DNA of 62,653 bases, filler included, from Barthelona sp. PAP020 (lineage: Eukaryota): the NCBI GenBank assembly GCA_040182905.1. It is 14 parts of 14 records of this genome, joined end to end, with 100 filler letters (N's around TTAATTAATTAA, not from the genome) between each part and the next. Parts side by side here need not be neighbours in the genome. Positions count along the whole stretch, not along the records: positions 53,970 to 58,269 come from JARQWU010000680.1; positions 58,370 to 62,653 come from JARQWU010000681.1; 12 more parts are not named here. One strand, 5' to 3'. The stretch's first letter is position 1; every line of letters begins with the position of its first letter. Position numbers and translations under genes: made by a program. The notes beneath the pieces are model-generated. The model made no database searches. It worked only from the letters and a program-made list of their open reading frames with translations, and had not been told where the DNA came from. This document shows, one piece after another, positions 54,831 through 62,653 of this stretch.

Positions 54831-57800
54831 ATGAATGATAGAGAAAATGAAGACCCAGCCATTACTGATTCCAAATCTGAAGAAAAGTCAGATAATGAAG
54901 ATGTTGGATGTTTTAAACGAAAAAGAAAATCATTTCCAAGAAGAATTTTTATGAATGATCATGTGCAACCTGAAGAATGTGGTAATGTTACAAATGAAGT
55001 GAAAAATACCCAATATACACCTTTTACCTTTCTACCTTTGACTCTTTATAATCAATTTAAATATTTTTTCAACTTATATTTCTTGTTATTGGCCTTATCT
55101 CAATTTGTGCCCGTTTTACAAGTTGGTTTTTTGACAACCTATTTAGCACCATTGATTTTGATTCTTATGATCTCTTTAAGTAAAGAAGCATATGATGATA
55201 TTCAGCGTTATCGGAGAGATAATGTTGAGAACAATAAATTATACCAAAAGGTAACTCCTAATGGAGTTATTGACATTGCTTCCAAAAGCATTCGTGTTGG
55301 AGATGTTCTGTTGTTGAGTCATGGACAAATAGCGCCTGCTGACTGCATATTGTTGAAGACATCTGAACCCAATGGAGCAATGTTTGTCCGTACTGATCAA
55401 TTAGATGGTGAAACAGATTGGAAGCTTAGACATGCTTGTAGTTCAACCCAAAGTTTAGAAAAGGAAGAAATTGTTGATATGAATGCTGAAATTTATGCAG
55501 AAGCACCCAATAAGCAAATCTATGATTTCATTGGCACATTTAGCATAAAGAATGATGAGAAACCTCCAGTTACAGAATCTCTGAGTCTTGAAAATACGAT
55601 TTGGAAGTCGTTGGTAATTGCCAGTGGTAGTAACGTTTGTTTGGTTGTGTATACTGGTAAAGATACTCGTGCTTTGATGAATATTGAAGAAAAAGAATTG
55701 AAGAGTGGTGTTTTTGATAATGAAGTCAACAAACTCTCAAAGCAGTTGTTTTTCATTCTTGCAGCAATGGCAAGTGCTTTAACTATCTTCAAAGGTATCA
55801 ACTCAATTTCTTACATTTATCTTGTGCGTTTTATTGTTCTTCTTTCATCTATCATTCCTACCTCTATGAAAGTTCACATTGATATCTCAAAGACATTCTT
55901 TTCAATGAAGATCAGTGGTGATAAAAAAATTCCAGGAACCATTGCGCGTTCAACAACCATCCCTGAACAATTAGGACGGTTATTTTATTTATTTATGGAT
56001 AAAACAGGTACTTTGACTCGAAATGTCATGTCCCTTAAAAAGCTTAGAGTGGGACAAGCATTGTATCTTGATGAAACAGTAGAAGAATTAAAGCGTATCT
56101 GTTTTGATTTTTCTGAAGATACTCAACATCAAAGCCAAAAACAAACAACAAGTAGCGTATTAGCAGTTGAATTCGGTACAAGTGATGTTGAAGCCAATTC
56201 ATTCGCCAGTATTCTGGCCATGATATTGTGTCATAACGTTTCGGTTGTGGAAGAAGATGGGGAACGTACATTACAAGCTGCCAGTCCTGATGAAGTTGCA
56301 TTAGTACAATATGCTGAAACCATCGGTTTTACCCTTGTATCTCGTACGTTTGAAGAAATTACAATTTCAATGCCAAACGGATCTATTCGTCATTATAGAA
56401 TTCTACAGGACTTTCCTTTTACTTCTGAACGCAAACGTATGGGAATCATCCTGCAACATGTTGAAACTGGTGAGATAACCTTCTTTGTTAAAGGAGCTGA
56501 TTCAGTAATGGCTAAAATTGTGAGTGATCAGTCTGAATGGTATGACAGATTGGATGAGGAAGTTTCTAATATGGCAAGAGACGGGTTGAGAACCCTTGTA
56601 TTTGGTCAAAAAACTTTGTCACAACCAGCATTTGATAATTTCTTGAAGCAATTGAATGCCGCCAAATGTGAAATAGTTGATCGACAGGCACATATTGATG
56701 TTGTAATGGAACGTTTGGAAGTAAACCTTGATTTGTTATGTGTTACTGGTGTTGAAGACAGACTTCAAGAAGATGTTCACACTTCTTTAGAACGTTTTGA
56801 TGCGGCTGATATCAGATGTTGGATGTTAACTGGAGATAAGATCGAAACGGCAAAATGTATTGCTCGTTCAGCACGTCTTGTTAAACGTAATCAAGAATTT
56901 TATTCCTTAGTTGCTACCAATAAGCAAGATGCTATTAATAAACTGAGGAAATACACTCCAACACGCGAAAATCATCGTAATTCTGCTTTAGTTATTGATG
57001 GTCACACAATTGGTTTACTTATGCCTCATTTCAATAAGTTGTTTGCTACTAAGGCTGCTAATGCCCCATGTGTTGTAGCTTGTCGTTGTTCTCCAACACA
57101 AAAGGCAGATGTTGTGCAAATGATGAAAGATTTCACTGGAAAGCCAGTTGCAGCCATTGGTGATGGTGGTAACGATGTTGGAATGATTCAAACAGCAGAT
57201 ATTGGTTTTGGTATTGAAGGAAAAGAAGGAAAACAAGCATCAATGGCTGCTGATTATTCAATCACGCAGTTTTCTCATTCTGTTCGATTGGTTTTATGGC
57301 ATGGTAGAAGTGCCTGTCGTTCTGGTTCTCTGATGGTCCAATTCATTGTTCATCGTGGGTTATTGATATCATTCATTCAGACATTATATTCCTATGTCTA
57401 TTATTATGCTGCAGCATCTATCTATGATGGTACTTTATTATTCTGTTATTCAACAGTATATACAGTTTTGCCTGTCATGGCCCTTCTTTTTGATGAAGAC
57501 TTTACAGATGATATTGTCATGCAGTTCCCTCAATTGTATTGTGAAAGAAGTAGCCCAAGAAGGGGTAGATTATTGAACACCAAAGCTTTTTTTGTTTGGT
57601 TCTTACAAGCTATTTTCCAAGCTACTATCATTTTTTATCTGGGAATTTTCAGTTACAATCATGACTACAACAAGATTGTTACCTTGTCATTTACAGTTTT
57701 GATTCTTACTGAATTAGCAAATGTCATTATTGTCATGCATCGTTGGAATAAATGGATGTTTTTCAGTGAAGCGTTAAGCTTGATTGTGTACATCTTATCA

Positions 57801-57962
57801 TTGATGTTCATGAGAAGTATCTTTGATATGTCTTACATTATTACCATTGACTTTGCTTTCCAGACTTTGCTCACATTTGTTTTGAGTTTTGGTCCTCCTG
57901 CTGCAGGAAAAATTATTCAAAGAATTTGTAACACTCCCACCTATGTGAAAATTACTTCATAA
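54831..57962 (+). CDS. ATP9: P4-ATPase flippase, ATP9/Neo1 class
   Basis: RTDQLDGETDWKLR, DKTGTLT, AASPDE, FPFTSERKRMG, MLTGDK and IGDGGNDV. Confidence 0.93.
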   Translation: MNDRENEDPAITDSKSEEKSDNEDVGCFKRKRKSFPRRIFMNDHVQPEECGNVTNEVKNTQYTPFTFLPLTLYNQFKYFFNLYFLLLALSQFVPVLQVGFLTTYLAPLILILMISLSKEAYDDIQRYRRDNVENNKLYQKVTPNGVIDIASKSIRVGDVLLLSHGQIAPADCILLKTSEPNGAMFVRTDQLDGETDWKLRHACSSTQSLEKEEIVDMNAEIYAEAPNKQIYDFIGTFSIKNDEKPPVTESLSLENTIWKSLVIASGSNVCLVVYTGKDTRALMNIEEKELKSGVFDNEVNKLSKQLFFILAAMASALTIFKGINSISYIYLVRFIVLLSSIIPTSMKVHIDISKTFFSMKISGDKKIPGTIARSTTIPEQLGRLFYLFMDKTGTLTRNVMSLKKLRVGQALYLDETVEELKRICFDFSEDTQHQSQKQTTSSVLAVEFGTSDVEANSFASILAMILCHNVSVVEEDGERTLQAASPDEVALVQYAETIGFTLVSRTFEEITISMPNGSIRHYRILQDFPFTSERKRMGIILQHVETGEITFFVKGADSVMAKIVSDQSEWYDRLDEEVSNMARDGLRTLVFGQKTLSQPAFDNFLKQLNAAKCEIVDRQAHIDVVMERLEVNLDLLCVTGVEDRLQEDVHTSLERFDAADIRCWMLTGDKIETAKCIARSARLVKRNQEFYSLVATNKQDAINKLRKYTPTRENHRNSALVIDGHTIGLLMPHFNKLFATKAANAPCVVACRCSPTQKADVVQMMKDFTGKPVAAIGDGGNDVGMIQTADIGFGIEGKEGKQASMAADYSITQFSHSVRLVLWHGRSACRSGSLMVQFIVHRGLLISFIQTLYSYVYYYAAASIYDGTLLFCYSTVYTVLPVMALLFDEDFTDDIVMQFPQLYCERSSPRRGRLLNTKAFFVWFLQAIFQATIIFYLGIFSYNHDYNKIVTLSFTVLILTELANVIIVMHRWNKWMFFSEALSLIVYILSLMFMRSIFDMSYIITIDFAFQTLLTFVLSFGPPAAGKIIQRICNTPTYVKITS

Positions 57963-58369
57963 TAAACAAAATCAAATTGTGTGATTTTTATATATAAAAA
58001 TGAATTTAAAATTAATAAATTAACAAAGTTTTTTGTTCAATGTTTTCATTAAATTTTGAAAACAAATAATTACGCGTTCTTTTGTTTATTTTATCATGTG
58101 CCCCTTGATATGCCCCTGGATATGCCTCAAGAAATCAAGATATTAACCAAGGCCTGAATGCGAGTGTCGATGGGATGTGAATTTTGAAGGAGGTGAGCAT
58201 ATTCTTCCGATGTTCTCTTGAGATGGTTTTTGTGAAAGGAACTTATTTTCCACTTGAATGCGTTGTTCCNNNNNNNNNNNNNNNNNNNNNNNNNNNNNNN
58301 NNNNNNNNNNNNNTTAATTAATTAANNNNNNNNNNNNNNNNNNNNNNNNNNNNNNNNNNNNNNNNNNNN

Positions 58370-59839
58370 GTTATTGGTGGACCTTTAAAGAAATTGGTCA
58401 ATGAAGAACCTGAATTTGACTATTTATCTGTCAATTCTTTCAAATTTTATCATGCAGAAGCTGTGATGGATGGAGATTATGTTATTGAAATAAAACCATT
58501 GTTTGGTCAAGTTTGTGCATACATTTCCACTGAATTCCCATTGCCAACAGCTTATAATCGTGATTATAGCAAGTGTTCTTATGAAGGAGAGACAATTAGA
58601 CAAGTTATTCCCATGAATGGACTTAAATGGACTGGCGTTTTCTATGTTGGTGTTTTAGCTCGTTCTACTTCTGCTATTGTTATCACTGGTCGTACTGATG
58701 ATATTACTCTTGTTGGTGAAGGCACAACTGTTTCTACAAACGGTGGACAATTGTCATCCTATGGTTTCGGTATTGAAACTGTTAGACACAGATATCCTTT
58801 TGTTATTGCTGTTTCAGGTCCATTTGGCATGCCCGTTTACTATTCTACATTTGAAAGACATCCCAATTCAACAGTAAATGATTATGTATTCAAAGCTAAT
58901 GAAGTGCTTACAGTATTCCCTGGTTCTTCTCTTTATACATCTGAAGAATTTTTCATCAGTACCGGAGAAAATAATGGTCTTCACAATGTAACTATGGGAC
59001 ACTTACATACCTTGGATGATGAAGCTATGCATGTTGGTAGTCTTTTAGCTGGTGGTAGATTGTTTTTCAGACATCCTGTTAGATCTGCTGGTGCTATGCC
59101 GATTGTACGTGTTCGTTCTTTGTCGAGCTATATTGGCATTGAATTTCATGCATCAATTAATGGTGTGCCAATTTTTGGTTTGGGTGATATCTCTGAAAAT
59201 GTTGGTTCGGAAAATACTAACATTAAATTACCAATCAAGGATTTTGCGCATGATTGGTACTTTATGCTGTTCAATCCCAGCAACAAAGTTGTTTCTTTTC
59301 GTATAGAAGTTGAATTAGCTGATGAATTGGCAGTATCAACTCCTAGTAATGGTATCTTGGTTTCTAATGATCGTCATCTGTATGTTTTAAAGAAATCAAC
59401 GACTGAAGATTCCCTAATAATAGATTTGGCGGTATTTTCTGACAAAACAACAACCAAAGAGCCTTTAAACCCCAGAATATGTATATATTTGTCAAAAGTT
59501 GAAGGCTTGATTCCTGGTCCTGATGTTGACAACTCTTTACAATTAGTGGAATGCACTACGGATCGTTTGTATTTAGTTTCTTGTGAAACACCATTAACAA
59601 CGTTGTTGAGCATTTATGGAAGTAGTGGAGGTCAATATCAAATGATTTACAGTCGTTTGTCTCATGAAAATCATCTTTTGCAGGCTATTTTGATTATTTT
59701 TGTTATTTTAATCATTGTTGGTACCTTATTATTTGTTTTCTTCTTCAAGAATGATAATGAGGATGATGATAACAGCAGTGTTAATTCTGAAAAGGAGGAA
59801 ATTGGATATGATGAGAGTAAAGGTTATGATAAGATATAA
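58370..59839 (+). CDS. Single-pass membrane or surface protein, 5'-truncated
   Basis: Beta-rich ectodomain, a C-terminal TM segment (AILIIFVILIIVGTLLFVFFF) and an acidic tail. Confidence 0.75.
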   Translation, partial: VIGGPLKKLVNEEPEFDYLSVNSFKFYHAEAVMDGDYVIEIKPLFGQVCAYISTEFPLPTAYNRDYSKCSYEGETIRQVIPMNGLKWTGVFYVGVLARSTSAIVITGRTDDITLVGEGTTVSTNGGQLSSYGFGIETVRHRYPFVIAVSGPFGMPVYYSTFERHPNSTVNDYVFKANEVLTVFPGSSLYTSEEFFISTGENNGLHNVTMGHLHTLDDEAMHVGSLLAGGRLFFRHPVRSAGAMPIVRVRSLSSYIGIEFHASINGVPIFGLGDISENVGSENTNIKLPIKDFAHDWYFMLFNPSNKVVSFRIEVELADELAVSTPSNGILVSNDRHLYVLKKSTTEDSLIIDLAVFSDKTTTKEPLNPRICIYLSKVEGLIPGPDVDNSLQLVECTTDRLYLVSCETPLTTLLSIYGSSGGQYQMIYSRLSHENHLLQAILIIFVILIIVGTLLFVFFFKNDNEDDDNSSVNSEKEEIGYDESKGYDKI

Positions 59840-59924
59840 AATATAAATATATGTGATGTACAGTAAAATTTTTGTTTGTTTGTTTTTTCCTTTCCAATCT
59901 TGAATAAAAGCATATTTATTTTCA

Positions 59925-60040
59925 ATATAAGAAGCACTGTGTGCATTTGAGAGAACAAGAAAGAATTGTTTTTATTGGTGAAAGGCTCTCGAAGCTCCTT
60001 GGATCTGTTGAAACTTCTATTTTTCAAAAGAGAAATCTGA
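59925..60040 (+). repeat. Degenerate repeat family B copy
   Basis: aagaagcactgtgtgcatttgagagaacaagaaagaattg...aaaggctctcgaagc. Confidence 0.65.
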
Positions 60041-60053
60041 AGGTTTGAAGGAT

Positions 60054-61354
60054 AATTTGTGTGAAATTAATGGCACTTCTTTATTGCACATCAGTTGTCA
60101 AAATGGTTATCTTGATGTGGCCAAAATGCTCTTGGATCATGGAGCTGATGTTAATTTATGTATGAATGATGGTGCTTCTCCATTATTTGTTAGTTGTCAA
60201 AATGGTCATCTTGATGTTACCAAAATGCTCTTGGATCATGGAAGTGATGTCAATAAATGTGATAATGATGGTGTGTCTCCATTGTTCATCAGCTGTCAAA
60301 AAGGGGATCTTAATGTGGCCAAAATGCTCTTGGATCATGGAAGTGATGTCAATAAATGTGATAATGATGGTGTGTCTCCATTGTTCATCAGCTGTCAAAA
60401 AGGGGATCTTGATGCAGCCAAAATGCTCTTGGATCATGGCAGTGATGTCAATAAATGTGATAATGATGGTGTGTCTCCATTATTTGTTAGTTGTGAAGAA
60501 GGTCATCTTGATGTGGCCAAAATTCTTATGGATTATGGCGCTGATGTTAATTTATGTGAAATTGATGGTACTTCTTCATTGTACATCAGTTGTCAAAATG
60601 GTCATCTTGATGTTACCAAAATGCTCTTGGATCATGGAGCTGATGTTAATTTATGTATGAATGATGGTGTGTCTCCATTGTTCATCAGCTGTCAAAAAGG
60701 GGATCTTAATGTGGCCAAAATGCTCTTGGATCATGGAGCTGATGTTAATTTGTGCATTAATGATGGTACTTCTTCATTGTACATCAGTTGTCAATAAGGT
60801 CATCTTGATGTTGTTAAAATTCTCTTGGATCATGGGGCTGATGTTAATTTTTACATGAATGATGAATTCTCTCCATTGTTCATCAGTTGTAAAAAAGGTT
60901 ATCTTAACATTGCCCAAATGCTTCTGGATTGTCCCAAAATAAACGTAGATGGTGTAGAAATACTATTATTTTTCAATAGATTGTATACATGTGATGAGGA
61001 ATGGGAAAAGACAATACATACCACATTTTGAGCTGTCCCAACTTGAAAAAACAATTGCAAAGTGACGAACCTGTTGATTTGAAATTTGAACATTTTTCTA
61101 AATCAGAGTTAATTGAATTGGTAAAGAACGAGGGTTATCTTTTGTCGACACTTGTTGCAATGAAGGTAAACAGTGTCATCATTCGAGAATTTGTTAGTGC
61201 TGGAGTCTATATGAATCAAAGAGATTTTGACATGTCATTCAACTTTTGTTGGGATTTGAGTGATATTAATGAAAGCAATGGTGGCAATATGCGTCGATAT
61301 ATTGATGAAGAGATGGAAGATGATGAGAGTGATGAAACTGATGCTGATGATTAG
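60054..61354 (+). pseudogene. Ankyrin-repeat + shared C-terminal domain gene, disrupted
   Basis: About nine 99-bp ankyrin units starting mid-repeat with no ATG at the array start. There is an in-frame TAA at 60795-60797 and a frameshift near 61010-61030. Ends CWDLSDINESNGGNMR plus an acidic tail. Confidence 0.8.
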
Positions 61355-61880
61355 AAAGGCGTGTTTGTGAGACCACATGACCATCCTATATATGCTTTGT
61401 TATTAATTTTCCTCACTGTATAAATCTTAGGGTGTTTGTTTTTTGATGTAAACCTTGCAAAAGGATTCCAATTGAGTGACTAAAGAGGCTTGGAATGTTT
61501 CTTTTTTGGGAGGTTTTATTTTTTAAACACTGCTTCCTCTTTCATTGACTCCAAAGCTCTGAATCTTCTTCCGAAAAATAATAGCACACCATGTCCAATT
61601 TTAGAGAGAATTAAAAAAAGCTCTCTTTTTGTGTTATGATCCTAAAATAAGACTTGCTGACGTTTTCATCCTACTATTTAATAATACAGTCAATGAACAT
61701 CTAAAACATCTTTAATGAGGATGTTAATAGGAATTCTTGAATGGAAAACTTGCTACCGTCAGACTACAATTGAAATAAAGCCGTTATTATGGTTATTTTT
61801 AGTGGTTACTTCACACCTATTTAACTGGTCTTTTATCTCTTAAATTTTTTTCATTTTAAAAAGATAATTAAAGACCTTAA

Positions 61881-62242
61881 TTATTTCCAAGCCAAGAAGC
61901 ACTGTGCAGATGAGTGAATAAAAAAAAATAGTGTTAATTTGGTTAAAGGCTTTCGAGGCCCGATTGATCTGAAAAACTTTAGATTTTCTAAGGTAAAGTT
62001 TAAACTTTAAAGTTTGCTTTTGCACAGATACAAAAAAATAGGAATGGGAAATTTTTCCAAAATTTTCATACTTGATGACCAAGATTCAATTGCAGCCACT
62101 CTTTTTCTGTGGCTGAGATTTACTGAAATGAGTTTTCTCTGATTACTTTTTCTTTGTAAATAAATATAGTTGTTTCACAACTTGACCAACACTATTCCTT
62201 TTTATTCACTCATACGCACAGTGCTTCTTGGCTTGGAAATAA
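61881..62242. repeat. Repeat family B full copy (61881-62188) plus an inverted 5' fragment (62188-62242)
   Basis: Matches 37933-38210. The segment 62188-62242 is the near-perfect inverse of 61881-61935. Confidence 0.9.
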
Positions 62243-62250
62243 CACTATTC

Positions 62251-62560
62251 TTTTTCATAAATTTAAAAGACTTTTATTTTTTATGTTAACCCATTACGTT
62301 GGGTTTGGTATAGTTAGAAGTTTTCGATGACGAAGATTTTGGGATGTTCGACGCCTAAAAAAAAAAGAATGCCACCTAAAGGATTAAATTCAGTATTCTT
62401 GAAGTAAAGAATCGTTCTTGTTGACGTTATCTCTATGTTTGGAGTCCTATCTGGAATTTCTTTGACTTTTGCCGAACTCTCCGAGTAATGCTTGTATCTT
62501 AACTACTGTCCTACATGTGGGGTATACATGTCTTATTTTATGAAAATGTTTGTAAAATCT
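62251..62560 (+). repeat. Repeat family C, copy 2
   Basis: Reverse complement of 11565-11870. Confidence 0.9.
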
Positions 62561-62653
62561 TGGTCAAGTTGTGAAACAACTATATTTATTTACAAAGAAA
62601 AAGTAATCAGAGAAAACTCATTTCATTAAATCTCAGCCACAGAAAATGAGTGG
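62561..62653 (-). repeat. Repeat family B, 3' part, inverted, at the window end
   Basis: Reverse complement of about 62096-62188. Confidence 0.9.

Noticed and set aside
60795..60797. TAA reassigned to an amino acid (non-standard genetic code)
   Set aside because: RPS20, RPL29, APC11 and ATP9 end at TAA where expected, long ORFs lack internal stops, and this gene also has a frameshift.
60054..60930. CRISPR array or diversity-generating retroelement
   Set aside because: The repeats are in-frame 99-bp or 102-bp ankyrin coding units with no unique spacers. I see no cas gene or reverse transcriptase in the window.
60954..60979. A 26-nt GT...AG intron repairing the ankyrin-box frameshift
   Set aside because: Splicing it gives an in-frame TGA a few codons later, and there is no GTATGT or CTAAC signal.

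Overview
This window is not one contiguous locus. It is 14 size-sorted contigs of about 4.3-4.5 kb joined by artificial N-TTAATTAATTAA-N linkers, so adjacency across a linker means nothing. Contig 1 (1-4468) is bacterial: the 3' end of hisIE, an IS4 element that truncates an RloB-like gene and a HEPN-like gene, and an IS66 element. Contigs 2-14 come from an AT-rich, gene-dense, intron-poor eukaryote using the standard code, probably a flagellated protist. They encode LIG4, TTC4/CNS1, VPS53, APC11, a MOCOS-like enzyme, a NudE-like protein, two PLAC8 proteins, intron-containing RPL29, RPS20, a TTP-like CCCH protein, an ABCA transporter, ZMYND10, ATP9, two tRNA-Ser(GCT) genes and several dispersed repeat families. 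The main discovery candidate is a modular, apparently expanded family. It joins WD40 or ankyrin repeat domains either to an N-terminal kinase or pseudokinase, or to a shared C-terminal domain of about 66 aa that I do not recognise. Paralog and repeat differences cluster at predicted ligand-binding positions, which suggests a variable-receptor (immune-like or ubiquitin-adaptor-like) system.
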